Source: Spirochaetia bacterium
Lineage (GTDB): Bacteria; Spirochaetota; Spirochaetia; SZUA-6; Bin103
Assembly (NCBI GenBank): GCA_965203515.1
Contig: OZ241907.1
Span: 320,001-384,000 of the forward strand
DNA length: 64,000 bases
Direction: 5' to 3'
The translations under genes were made by a program, and so were the position numbers. Shown here one piece after another: positions 1-8,672 of this stretch. Under the pieces are notes generated by a model. It searched no databases and was not told the origin of the DNA. It saw only the letters and a list, made by a program, of their open reading frames with translations. Each line of letters opens with the position of its first letter. Positions within the stretch are counted from its first letter, which is position 1.

Positions 1-417
1 GGCGGCGATGCTTAGGCCGAACTCAGGGGCGGACTCGTAATCCGCGTCAAGCGCTCGTTGCGGCGTACTACTTGTCATATCCCAGCGTTCGGCGTCTTCT
101 CCGACCTCATCGAGCGAGAGAATCGTCGCCGACAGCTTGTGATCGTCCGAGGTCAACACGAAACGATTTCCGGGTTGGCACATGTGGCCGGAGAACAGGT
201 GGGATATGTCCACGCCACCGCGATTATAACCGCCCCGACGGTGGCCAATCTCTTCGAAGGCTGAGGGATGGCCGTTGGAGACGAGCAGCTCGACCGCTTC
301 GAGGACGGTCGTCTTGCCGCAGTTGTTCTTGCCGACGATCAGGTTCACCCTCGTCAAGTCAGTCAGCCGATAGGAATCGAAGCCGCGGAATCCGCGCAGC
401 TCAAGCGTCTTCATCAT
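1..417 (-). CDS. AAA family ATPase (AAA_15/AAA_21, ABC class), N-terminal part only; runs off the left window edge
   Basis: Manual translation from ATG at 417 gives MMKTLELRGFRGFDSYRLTDLTRVNLIVGKNNCGKTTVLEAVELL..., open to base 1. It has the typical N-terminal strand plus Walker A GKNNCGKT. The start overlaps the dinB stop (TGATG). Not in the ORF track because there is no stop in the window. Confidence 0.85.
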   Translation of the reverse strand, partial: MMKTLELRGFRGFDSYRLTDLTRVNLIVGKNNCGKTTVLEAVELLVSNGHPSAFEEIGHRRGGYNRGGVDISHLFSGHMCQPGNRFVLTSDDHKLSATILSLDEVGEDAERWDMTSSTPQRALDADYESAPEFGLSIAA

Positions 418-896
418 CAGGCGCGGGCGACCCACGCTACGCCGGTGCCGGTGGTTTGGCGGATGCGTTCGCTGAGCTGGCCGGTGTGGTGCTGGAGATG
501 GCGCAGATTGTAGGCCAGCCGCTCCACCGGGCCGAACGGCAGCCACGAGAAGCCCGACTCGGCGCCCAGGTCCAGCGCCGCGATCTGCCGGCGCGCGTGG
601 CCGCGGCAGAACTCCAGGAACTCCAGGATATTCTCCCGCGTATAGGGGGCCGCCTCCTTACCGAGATCCTCGGCGCCGTCGCGGTGTCCGCTCCAGGGGC
701 GGTGCTCCGCTACGGTCCGAAACAGGTAGAGATGCACGTAGAACAGGGCGTGGTAGGCGATGTGCCAGAACCGGTTGACCTGCTCGGCGCTGTCCCAGGC
801 GTCATCCGGGCACGCCCGCACCGCCGCTTCCAGCATGTTCAGACCGGCCCGGAATTGGGCATCGAACGCGGTACGAATGGAATCTTCTGCTGCCAC
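417..896 (-). CDS. DinB/YfiT-family protein, copy 1
   Basis: Helical protein with FWHIAYHALFY and YNLRHLQHH (DinB His triad). Probable GTG start at 896, 6 nt after a TACCAT box; 159 aa. Confidence 0.8.
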   Translation of the reverse strand: MAAEDSIRTAFDAQFRAGLNMLEAAVRACPDDAWDSAEQVNRFWHIAYHALFYVHLYLFRTVAEHRPWSGHRDGAEDLGKEAAPYTRENILEFLEFCRGHARRQIAALDLGAESGFSWLPFGPVERLAYNLRHLQHHTGQLSERIRQTTGTGVAWVARA

Positions 897-1013
897 GGTT
901 CGATGGTAGGCCACAACGGGGGTACTATCAACAGCGAACCGATGGACGCCGCCAGCGCCAGCCTGCCGATCGACCTTGCCAACCTGCTCCACGGCCGCGG
1001 TGTCGAGTCGGTA
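432..1013. repeat. ~580-bp direct repeat, copy 1 (dinB + divergent promoter + 5' stub of the ATP-binding gene)
   Basis: Aligns by eye with 2886-3468 from CCACG(C/G)TACGCCGG to GAGTCGGTA, with scattered substitutions and one 1-nt indel. Confidence 0.95.
942..1013 (+). pseudogene. 24-codon 5' stub of the Schlafen/AlbA_2 ATP-binding gene
   Basis: MDAASASLPIDLANLLHGRGVESV matches MDAVSASLPINLANLLHGRGVESV at 3397; homology then stops abruptly. Confidence 0.85.
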
Positions 1014-1084
1014 TCGCTCGGCGCCCGCAGCCGACGACCTGCCGGCGGCCACGCGGACCGGGCGCGAGGCGGCCACGGAGCAGG

Positions 1085-2434
1085 TCAGTAGAGGCGGTCG
1101 GATGCGAACGGCGCGTTCTCTCGAGAGATGCGGCCTTTGTTCACCAGCAGAGTCCGGATCGCCAGCGGCGAAACCTGAAAGTGCTCGGCGACCTCCGTCT
1201 GTCTTTCCTCCGAAATGTCGATGTCCAACATGTCGTCGACCGCATCGTACGGACTCAGCAGCTCGGCCGCAAACGCACGCTGCGCCTTCTGGCGGTAGCT
1301 GTGCGCCCGGGTCGCGGGCAAGAGACGTTCAACGCCGTCGACCAGCCGATCGCCGATCAACCGAGCGAGATCGAAACGGCGGCCGGTCTCCCACTTCGGC
1401 CTGAGCGCCAAGCGCGACCGATTGCCGTCGCCGGCGATGACAAATGACAGTTCGTCGGAGCACACCGAGATATTCTCGATGGCGCTCATGGTCGTTCCCG
1501 CAAGGTCTGCAAGGCGGGCGTTGCAGACAGGATCGGTGCCGAGATTCTCTTGACGGCGGATCGCGCGAGCAGCGTCTTCTCCGGTCTGCCAAGCCGGGTT
1601 ATCGGCCCACTCCCGGCTCTCGAAATTCAACCGAACCGCGGCGTCAGCATTCGCGTCGAAACCGCGATCGATCGAGATTTGCCGGAGCGCGGCAGCGGAC
1701 GCCACGTTTGCCCCCCTGTCAAGATGGGCGGCATGGGCAGCCAACTCTTCCACCGCATTGTCACCTATTTCTTTCGCATCGTCGAGATAGCTGCTGATGG
1801 TCCGTTCGTCGATCTCGTCCGGGTCAAAGCCAAGCCGCGCTTCCAGCCGACGAAAGCGGGTGCTGTCAGGATCTGTGCGCTCCGTCCGGAGATCGTTCCA
1901 GAGTCGATGAAGATTGGTATCGTGGACGTTGGCGTTGTCGAGAATCCCCAGAACCTGACGGGCGAACCGGTCGATCTCCGCTTCCAGGTCACCGGCGGGG
2001 ACGACCTCCATCCTCGCGGCTCCCAAATACCGAAACGGCACCGCCTTGAGTTCTTGCGAAGGTTCGGCGATCAGGGCGCATCGAAACCCGTCCGAAGAAA
2101 TCACGACATTAGGCCACACGTAGCCTTCGCCAATCGTGGCGGTACGGTGGGCCGAGTCCCAGCGATGGAAGACATCCCGGCCAAGTTTCCCCGGAGGACC
2201 AGGTTCCCACCGCAGACGCCACCAGTTCCAGATCAGCCATTCGGCGAAGTGGTAGCCGGAAACCCTCGGTCCTGTGGCGTATCCTTGGGCGTGCTCATCG
2301 AATCCCTCGGTCATAAGCCGGCCGTTCACGGTGATCTCAAGCAGACCGAACCCTGCTCTTTCTTCTTCTTGTCCGTGATCGAGCGGTTGCGGGTCGAGGC
2401 GAAAAGTCACGGTGTCCTGCTTCTGGCGAGCCAC
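1085..2434 (-). CDS. Protein with C-terminal ImmA/IrrE (peptidase M78)-like domain with degenerate HEXXH
   Basis: 449 aa. ETGRRFDLARLIGD sits where RFTLAHELGH is expected, followed by QKAQRAFAAELLSP (cf. ANxFAAELLMP) and a C-terminal HTH-like VAEHFQVS. Confidence 0.7.
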   Translation of the reverse strand: MARQKQDTVTFRLDPQPLDHGQEEERAGFGLLEITVNGRLMTEGFDEHAQGYATGPRVSGYHFAEWLIWNWWRLRWEPGPPGKLGRDVFHRWDSAHRTATIGEGYVWPNVVISSDGFRCALIAEPSQELKAVPFRYLGAARMEVVPAGDLEAEIDRFARQVLGILDNANVHDTNLHRLWNDLRTERTDPDSTRFRRLEARLGFDPDEIDERTISSYLDDAKEIGDNAVEELAAHAAHLDRGANVASAAALRQISIDRGFDANADAAVRLNFESREWADNPAWQTGEDAARAIRRQENLGTDPVCNARLADLAGTTMSAIENISVCSDELSFVIAGDGNRSRLALRPKWETGRRFDLARLIGDRLVDGVERLLPATRAHSYRQKAQRAFAAELLSPYDAVDDMLDIDISEERQTEVAEHFQVSPLAIRTLLVNKGRISRENAPFASDRLY

Positions 2435-2844
2435 TCTCGAATCACCTCTTCACGCATTGCCCTGTCGTCCACACCCAGTCGATACCCGTGATAGCTTCGT
2501 CCTTCGTGCCCCAGTTTCGCCTCGTAAGGCTCTCCGTCCTGATCTACTGACCAGACATATTTCGGGTAACCATTCATGCGATACGTGCTCACCATTCCAA
2601 GCCTCAGACCATCGATAAGGAGCCTCTTCGCTTCGTCCCTTCTGATCACCCGCTTACTGTCGCACAGTGATTTGTGTGGTCGTGGACTGGGCGGACCGTG
2701 GAATCCATAGTCGGCGGGTACTCTCTTGTGATGGGCACTGCCTAGATAGCGGACCTCGTCCGCGATCCGATGGAGTTCCTGCTGGCTGATGGAATGCTGT
2801 GGAGCGATCCTTCTCTTCGGATTGTTTCCAAATCGTTTCGGCAT
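2407..2844 (-). CDS. Small basic hypothetical protein (candidate toxin/nuclease)
   Basis: ATG at 2844 with AGGAGG 6 nt upstream; 145 aa. Motifs YLGSAHHK, PRPHKSLCD, PKYVW, YHGY. Overlaps the downstream gene by 28 nt. Confidence 0.75.
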   Translation of the reverse strand: MPKRFGNNPKRRIAPQHSISQQELHRIADEVRYLGSAHHKRVPADYGFHGPPSPRPHKSLCDSKRVIRRDEAKRLLIDGLRLGMVSTYRMNGYPKYVWSVDQDGEPYEAKLGHEGRSYHGYRLGVDDRAMREEVIREWLARSRTP

Positions 2845-2870
2845 TCGCAGCCTCCTGACGCGGGGCCGGA

Positions 2871-3350
2871 TCAGTCGGGGCCGAGCCACGGTACGCCGGT
2901 GCCGGTGGTTTGGCGGATGCGTTCGCCGAGCTGGCCGGTGTGGTGCTGGAGATGGCGCAGGTTGTAGGCCAGCCGCTCCACCGGGCCGAACGGCAGCCAG
3001 GAGAAGCCCGACTCGGCGCCCAGGTCCAGCGCCGCGATCTGCCGGCGCGCGTGGCCGCGGCAGAACGCCAGGAACTCCAGGATATTCTCCCTGGTATAGG
3101 GGGCCGCCTCCTTACCGAGATCCTCGGCGCCGTCGCGGTGTCCGCTCCAGGGGCGGTGCTCCGCTACGGCCCGGAACAGGTAGAGATGCACGTAGAACAG
3201 GGCGTGGTAGGCGATCTGCCAGAACCGGTTGACCTGCTCGGCGCTGTCCCAGGCGTCATCCGGGCACGCCCGCACCGCCGCCTCCAGCATGTTCAGACCG
3301 GCCCGAAATTGGGCATCGAACGCGTTGCGGATGGAATCTTCCGCTGCCAC
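2871..3350 (-). CDS. DinB/YfiT-family protein, copy 2
   Basis: Same length as copy 1, with 5 internal amino-acid differences and a different tail (GVPWLGPD vs GVAWVARA). Confidence 0.8.
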   Translation of the reverse strand: MAAEDSIRNAFDAQFRAGLNMLEAAVRACPDDAWDSAEQVNRFWQIAYHALFYVHLYLFRAVAEHRPWSGHRDGAEDLGKEAAPYTRENILEFLAFCRGHARRQIAALDLGAESGFSWLPFGPVERLAYNLRHLQHHTGQLGERIRQTTGTGVPWLGPD

Positions 3351-3468
3351 GGCTTCGATGGTAGGCCACGACAGGGGTACTATCAACAGCGACCCCATGG
3401 ACGCCGTCAGCGCCAGCCTGCCGATCAACCTTGCCAATCTGCTCCACGGCCGCGGCGTGGAGTCGGTA
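2886..3468. repeat. ~580-bp direct repeat, copy 2
   Basis: Homologous to 432-1013. Confidence 0.95.
3358..3383. promoter_or_regulatory. Back-to-back -10-like boxes: TACCAT (- strand, for dinB) and TACTAT (+ strand, for the ATP-binding gene)
   Basis: Both hexamers lie in a 46-bp divergent intergenic gap and are conserved in the other repeat copy (903-908, 923-928). Confidence 0.5.
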
Positions 3469-4941
3469 CGGGTGGAGTTCAAGGCGGCCTGGGATCCCGA
3501 AACCACCGGCCCGCAGGCGCTCAAGACGATCTGCGCGTTCGCCAACGATCTCCATAACCTGAACGGCGGCTACGTGGTCATCGGGGTGGCCGAGCGCGAG
3601 GGGCGCGCCAGCCTGCCGCCGGCCGGCCTGTCCCCGGCCGCGCTGGCGGCCGCGCAGCGGTGGCTGCGCGGCAATTGCAACCGCCTCGATCCGCAGTACC
3701 AGCCGCTGCTCTCACCCGAGGTGGTGAGCGGCCGCCATATCCTGGTGGTGTGGGCGCCGGCGAGCCAGTTGCGGCCGCACCGCGCGCCGGACGCCGGGCG
3801 CGGGCCGCTCCGGTACTGGGTGCGCCTCGGCGCGGAAACGGTCGCCGCCGACCAGCGCGGCGGGCTGCTCCGGGAGCTGATCGGGCAGACCGCGCGCGTG
3901 CCGTGGGACGACCGCCGGGCGCCGCTGCAGGGGAGCCTTGCCGACCTGCACGAAATGGCGGTACGGGAGCACCTGCACGAGATCGGCAGCGGCTTGAGCG
4001 CCGAGTCCGACGCAGCGGAGATCTACCGCCGCATGGGGATCACCATGCGGGTCAACGACCACGACGTGCCGCGCCACGTCGGCCTGCTGTTCTTCGCCGC
4101 CGAGCCGACCCGCTGGTTTCGCGGCGCCTGGATCGACTGCGCGCTGTTCGCCGCCGGCGGCAGCGGCGACGTCCTGGAGGAGCAGGAGTTTCGCGGCGCG
4201 CTGGCGCAGCAGGCGCGCCACTGCCTGCAGTACCTGTACGCTCGGTCGCCGGTCCACCTGCGCAAGGTGCCGGAGCGGATCGAGGCGCGCCGCTGGCGCG
4301 CCTGGCCGGAGACGGCGTTGCGCGAAACCCTGGTGAACGCGCTGTATCACCGCAGCTACGAGCCCGACGCGGTGGAGCCGACCAAGGTATACCTGTACCC
4401 GGACCGCGTGGAGATCATCAGCTATCCGGGGCCGGCGTCGGGGCTGGAGGCGGAACACTTTGCCCTGCGCTCCCCGTTCCCGATGGTACCGGCGCGCAAC
4501 CGCCGCATCGGCGAGTTCTTCAAGGAGCTGGGCCTGGCCGAGGCGCGGCTGACCGGGCTGCGCAAGGTGGCCGCGGCGATGGCCGCCAACGGCTCCCCTG
4601 CGCCGCGCTACGACTTCGACCCGCAGCGCACCTACTTCCGCGCCACGCTGCCGGCGCATGCGGAATACGCCGCGCTGTCCGCAGTGCGCGACGCCGCCGA
4701 GCTGCGCGCCCTGGGCGACGCGGAGGCGGCGCACGCTCTGCTCGAGTCGGCCTGGGAAGCGAACCCGGCGTCCGCGGCGCTGGCTGCCGAGCTGATCCGG
4801 TCGCACGCCGCGCGCGGCGAGTTGGTCCGGGCGGAGCGGGTACGGGACCGCTTCGGGGAACACGCGCCGGACGGCGCGCGGCGCGCGGTAGCGGAAGCGC
4901 TGGCCGCGGTCCGCCGCGGGCGCCGGCCGCCGCGCGCTTGA
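3397..4941 (+). CDS. Schlafen/AlbA_2 domain + RecG-C (HATPase_c_4) ATP-binding protein
   Basis: ESVRVEFK, TICAFANDLHNLNGGYVVIGV (AlbA_2); ALRETLVNALYHRSY, EIISYPG, RNRRIGEFFKELGLAEARLTGL (HATPase_c_4-like). Confidence 0.85.
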   Translation: MDAVSASLPINLANLLHGRGVESVRVEFKAAWDPETTGPQALKTICAFANDLHNLNGGYVVIGVAEREGRASLPPAGLSPAALAAAQRWLRGNCNRLDPQYQPLLSPEVVSGRHILVVWAPASQLRPHRAPDAGRGPLRYWVRLGAETVAADQRGGLLRELIGQTARVPWDDRRAPLQGSLADLHEMAVREHLHEIGSGLSAESDAAEIYRRMGITMRVNDHDVPRHVGLLFFAAEPTRWFRGAWIDCALFAAGGSGDVLEEQEFRGALAQQARHCLQYLYARSPVHLRKVPERIEARRWRAWPETALRETLVNALYHRSYEPDAVEPTKVYLYPDRVEIISYPGPASGLEAEHFALRSPFPMVPARNRRIGEFFKELGLAEARLTGLRKVAAAMAANGSPAPRYDFDPQRTYFRATLPAHAEYAALSAVRDAAELRALGDAEAAHALLESAWEANPASAALAAELIRSHAARGELVRAERVRDRFGEHAPDGARRAVAEALAAVRRGRRPPRA

Positions 4942-4975
4942 CGGACGGCGCCCGTCCGCCGCCAAGTCAGCCGGC

Positions 4976-5701
4976 ATGCACACGCAGGACTCTCTGACCC
5001 GCGACCTGCGCGCGCTGGGCGTCCGCGCGGGCGACACGCTGTTCGTCCATTCCTCGTTCAAGAGTCTGGGCGAGGTAGCCGGGGGCGCGCAGGCGGTCGT
5101 CGACGCGCTGCTCGACGCGGTCGAGGACGGGCTGCTCCTGATGCCGTCCTTCAACCTGGAAGGCGGCCGGGACCGGCGCGCGGCGCGCTGGGACCCGGCG
5201 GCCACGCCGTCGTCGGTCGGCTGGCTCACCGAGTTCTTTCGCCGCCTGCCGGGTACGGTCCGGTCGGACCACTACTCGCACTCGGTCGCCGCGCACGGCC
5301 GGGACGCCGCGGCCATCGTCGACGGTCACCGCCGCGCCGAGGGGTTTCCGTCCCCGTGGGACCGGCCGCCGTGGGGCCGCACCTACGGGACGCACTCGCC
5401 CATGATCCGCGCCCGCGATCGGGGCGGCCGGCTGCTGATGCTCGGCGTCGATTACCGGTCGTCGACCTACGTTCACGTCGTGGAGGCGATGTGGTGGGCG
5501 GAGCGGCGGCGCTCCGACCCGACGGCGCCGTACGCCGGGCTCGATCGGCCGCGGCTCGGGGCGCTCTGGGACCGGACGGGACGCCTGCGCCGGGGGCGCG
5601 TGGGCAGCGCCGAGTGCCGGCTGTTCGGGATTCGCGACTACGTCGATACCCTGCTCGGCGTGGTGCGCGGCACGGGGAGGCGATGGACCACCGCGGCCTG
5701 A
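4976..5701 (+). CDS. AAC(3)-family (Antibiotic_NAT) N-acetyltransferase
   Basis: LRALGVRAGDTLFVHSSFKSLG, LLMPSF, RSDHYSHSVAAHG, LMLGV...TYVHVVE. Confidence 0.85.
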   Translation: MHTQDSLTRDLRALGVRAGDTLFVHSSFKSLGEVAGGAQAVVDALLDAVEDGLLLMPSFNLEGGRDRRAARWDPAATPSSVGWLTEFFRRLPGTVRSDHYSHSVAAHGRDAAAIVDGHRRAEGFPSPWDRPPWGRTYGTHSPMIRARDRGGRLLMLGVDYRSSTYVHVVEAMWWAERRRSDPTAPYAGLDRPRLGALWDRTGRLRRGRVGSAECRLFGIRDYVDTLLGVVRGTGRRWTTAA

Positions 5702-6615
5702 TCGTCATCAACGGCGCGGAGGTGCTGGCGCGGCCGGACGACCGCGGCCGCTACTGGCAGCGCATCCGCGCCGGGGGCGTGACCGCGTTCGCGGCGACCG
5801 CCGGCCGGGCGCAGTTCCCGGCGTGGTTCCGGCGCTTCCGCGACGACCACGGCCTGCTGCACGTGACCGAGGCCCGGCACGTCCGCGACGCCAAGGCCGC
5901 CGGCCGGCTGGGCGTCATCTTCCACGTGCAGAAACCGCCCCCGGAGCTGGCCGCCGACCCGGACGAGGCGTGGAACCTGCAGCGGCTCGGCGTGCGCATG
6001 CTGCAGCTCACCTACAACGAGCGCAGCCCGTTCGGCGACGGCTGCACGGAGCGCGCCGGCGGCGGCCTGAGCGACCTGGGGGCGCGCGCGGTGGCGGCGC
6101 TGAACGAGGCGGGCGTGCTCATCGACGTGTCGCACGCCGGGCACCGGACGGCGCTGGACATCGTGGCCGCCTCGTCGCAGCCGGTGGTCGCCAGCCACTG
6201 CAACGCTTACGCGGTCTGCCCCAATCCGCGCAACCTCCGCGACGAGGCGATCGCCGCGATCGCCGAACGGGGCGGCGTGATCGGCGTGACCGCCTTTCCG
6301 AGCCTGGTGCGCTGGCGGGAGCCGACGCTGGAACGGATGCTCGACCACGTCGACCACGTGGCCGCCCTGGTCGGGATCGAGCACGTGGGATTCGGGCTCG
6401 ACTTCTGCTCGATTTCGCAGGCGAGCTGGGATTCCGGCCGATTCAGCCCGGCCGCCTACCCGCCGCCGCCGTGGGTCTTTCCGGCCGGCATCGCCGGTCC
6501 CGACGAGCTGCCCAACCTGACCGCCGGTCTGGTGCGGCGCGGCTGCGGCCAAGCGGCGATCCGCGGCGTCATGGGCGGGAACCTGCTGCGGCTGTTCGAG
6601 GCGGTCTGGCGCTGA
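5683..6615 (+). CDS. Membrane dipeptidase (peptidase M19) family
   Basis: LGVRMLQLTYN, GLSDLG, IDVSH, ASHCN, PRNLRD, HVGFGLDF, GGNLLRLF; ATG at 5683 overlaps the upstream gene. Confidence 0.85.
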   Translation: MDHRGLIVINGAEVLARPDDRGRYWQRIRAGGVTAFAATAGRAQFPAWFRRFRDDHGLLHVTEARHVRDAKAAGRLGVIFHVQKPPPELAADPDEAWNLQRLGVRMLQLTYNERSPFGDGCTERAGGGLSDLGARAVAALNEAGVLIDVSHAGHRTALDIVAASSQPVVASHCNAYAVCPNPRNLRDEAIAAIAERGGVIGVTAFPSLVRWREPTLERMLDHVDHVAALVGIEHVGFGLDFCSISQASWDSGRFSPAAYPPPPWVFPAGIAGPDELPNLTAGLVRRGCGQAAIRGVMGGNLLRLFEAVWR

Positions 6616-6642
6616 CGCCGGGCGCCGCCGGCGGCGGGCCGC

Positions 6643-7566
6643 TCAGCCCTTCAGCGAACCGAGCATCACCCCCTTGGCGAAGTGCTTCTGGACGAACGGG
6701 TAGACGAACACGATCGGGCCGATCGTGAGCAGGACGGTGGCAGCCCGCGCCGCCTGGGTGGGGATGCGCATCATCGCGCGGAATTCCTCGGACTGGCGCA
6801 GCTCCTCGTTCAGCTCGGCGATGAACTCATCGGCGGTCTGCAGCAGGTTTAGGTCAACTATCATGTCGCGGATCAGCGTCTGCAGCACGCGCAATCGTTC
6901 ATCGTTGACGTAGACCAAGGGCAGGAAGTAATCGTTCCAGTGAAAGACCGCCGCGAACAGCGCGATGGTCGCCAGCACCGGTTTCGACAGCGGCATGATG
7001 ATCTGGAACAGCACGCGCCAGTAGCCGGAGCCGTCTATGACCGCCGATTCCTCCAGCGAGTCGTCGATCGTCATCAGGAAGTTGCGGCAGATGATGATGT
7101 AGAAGGCGCTCATCGCCGGCAACAGGATCAGCGCCAGCCGGGTGTTGTTGAGGCCGAGCGAGCGCACCACCAGGTAGGTGGGAACCATCCCGCCCTGGAA
7201 GAACAGGGTCAACACGAACAGGAACGTCAGCGCCCGCCGGCCGGGCAACAGCTTCTTGGAGAGCGCGTAGCCGGCGCTGAAGGTGACCAGCAGGATCGCC
7301 GCCGTGCCCGCCGCCGTCCGGAAGATGGCGTTGAAGTAGGCCAGTCCGATGTCGCCCTGCAGGACGAATCCCCACGCTTCCGTGTGCCAGGCGTCGAGCC
7401 AGAGCCGCAACCGCAGGCTGTTGACCTCGTCGATCGAGGAGAAGGACTGCAATATCAGCGTCCAGAACGGATAGGCGACCGACACGGCGAACAGCGCCAG
7501 GAACAGGTAGTTGGCGCCGTCGAACAGTCGGCCGGAGACGGACGTGCGGTTCGCTACGATGGCCAT
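6643..7566 (-). CDS. Carbohydrate ABC transporter permease (MalG/LplC-like)
   Basis: EESAVIDG EAA loop, FQGGMVPTYL, C-terminal YPFVQKHFAKGVMLGSLKG; ATG at 7566. Confidence 0.9.
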   Translation of the reverse strand: MAIVANRTSVSGRLFDGANYLFLALFAVSVAYPFWTLILQSFSSIDEVNSLRLRLWLDAWHTEAWGFVLQGDIGLAYFNAIFRTAAGTAAILLVTFSAGYALSKKLLPGRRALTFLFVLTLFFQGGMVPTYLVVRSLGLNNTRLALILLPAMSAFYIIICRNFLMTIDDSLEESAVIDGSGYWRVLFQIIMPLSKPVLATIALFAAVFHWNDYFLPLVYVNDERLRVLQTLIRDMIVDLNLLQTADEFIAELNEELRQSEEFRAMMRIPTQAARAATVLLTIGPIVFVYPFVQKHFAKGVMLGSLKG

Positions 7567-7571
7567 CTGCG

Positions 7572-8558
7572 CTACCAGACGCTGAAGTCGTTGTAGCGGC
7601 GAATGATCTGGTTGACGATGATCAGGAGCGCCAGGCCCAGCACGTTCTGGAACAGCCCGACCGCCGTGGCATAGTCGAAATCGCCGCCCTGGATGCCGAC
7701 GCGGAAGATGTAGGTCTCCATGATGTCGCCGACTTCGTAGACGACCGGGTTGTACATCATGAATACCTGTTCGAAGCTGTGTTCGAAGAAGTTTCCCAGC
7801 CGCAGCAGGAACAGGACGGTGATCACCGGCACCAGCGACGGCAGCGTGATGTGGATGGCGTTCTGCCAGCGGCTCGATCCGTCGATGGCGCCCGCCTCGT
7901 AGAGCTGCGGGTCGATCCCCGACAGGGCGGCCAGATAGAGGATCGATCCCCAGCCCACGCTCTGCCAGATGGCGGTGCCGACCAGGAGCGCCCGGAACGT
8001 CTCCACTTGGGTGAACCAGTTGACCGGGTCCCAGCCGAGCTGCGTGAACGCCCAGCCGGCGAAGCCGGTGCTCGGCGACAGGAACTCCTTCAGGATGCCG
8101 GCCAGCACCACCCACGACACGAAGTGGGGCAGGTAGCTGATCGACTGGACCACCCGTTTGTAGATCGTGCGCCGCACCTCGTTGAGCAGTAGCGCCAGGA
8201 CGATCGGCGCCGGAAACGTGATCGCCAGATGCAGCAGGCTGAGGATGACGGTGTTGCGGAATACGCGCAGGAAGAAGTGTTCCCGGAACAGGCGGCGGAA
8301 GTGCGCGAAGTCGTTCCAGGTGCTGCCCAGGATGCCGTCGTAGTAGTTGAAGTCCAGGAACGAGATCGATACGCCCCAGATCGGCGCGTACTTGAAGACG
8401 ACCAGCAACGCGAACGCCGGCAGCAGCAGCCCGTAGAAGGAGCGCATGCGCCACGCCCGGGCGCGGGTCTGCCTGCGCAGGACGCGCTTGACCTGCGCGG
8501 CCAGCTCGGCGGACGCCGGTTGGGCGGCGGTAGCTGTAACAGGGGGGGGGGTCGCCAT
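7572..8558 (-). CDS. Carbohydrate ABC transporter permease (MalF/LplB-like)
   Basis: ISYLPHFVSWVV, LYEAGAIDG, ATAVGLFQNV; probable ATG at 8558. Confidence 0.9.
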   Translation of the reverse strand: MATPPPVTATAAQPASAELAAQVKRVLRRQTRARAWRMRSFYGLLLPAFALLVVFKYAPIWGVSISFLDFNYYDGILGSTWNDFAHFRRLFREHFFLRVFRNTVILSLLHLAITFPAPIVLALLLNEVRRTIYKRVVQSISYLPHFVSWVVLAGILKEFLSPSTGFAGWAFTQLGWDPVNWFTQVETFRALLVGTAIWQSVGWGSILYLAALSGIDPQLYEAGAIDGSSRWQNAIHITLPSLVPVITVLFLLRLGNFFEHSFEQVFMMYNPVVYEVGDIMETYIFRVGIQGGDFDYATAVGLFQNVLGLALLIIVNQIIRRYNDFSVW

Positions 8559-8672
8559 CAGTGCAGGTCGGGTCAGCCGGGGAAGCGCCGGAAGCCACCG
8601 TACTCTACGACGGCGGGGGCGGGCCGGCAACCCGCCGCGGCCGGCCGGCCATCCTGTCGGATGATTCCGCAG

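Noticed and set aside
432..3468. Direct repeats as IS ends, prophage att sites or a DGR template/variable pair
   Set aside because: No transposase, integrase or reverse transcriptase in view, and differences are not restricted to adenines.
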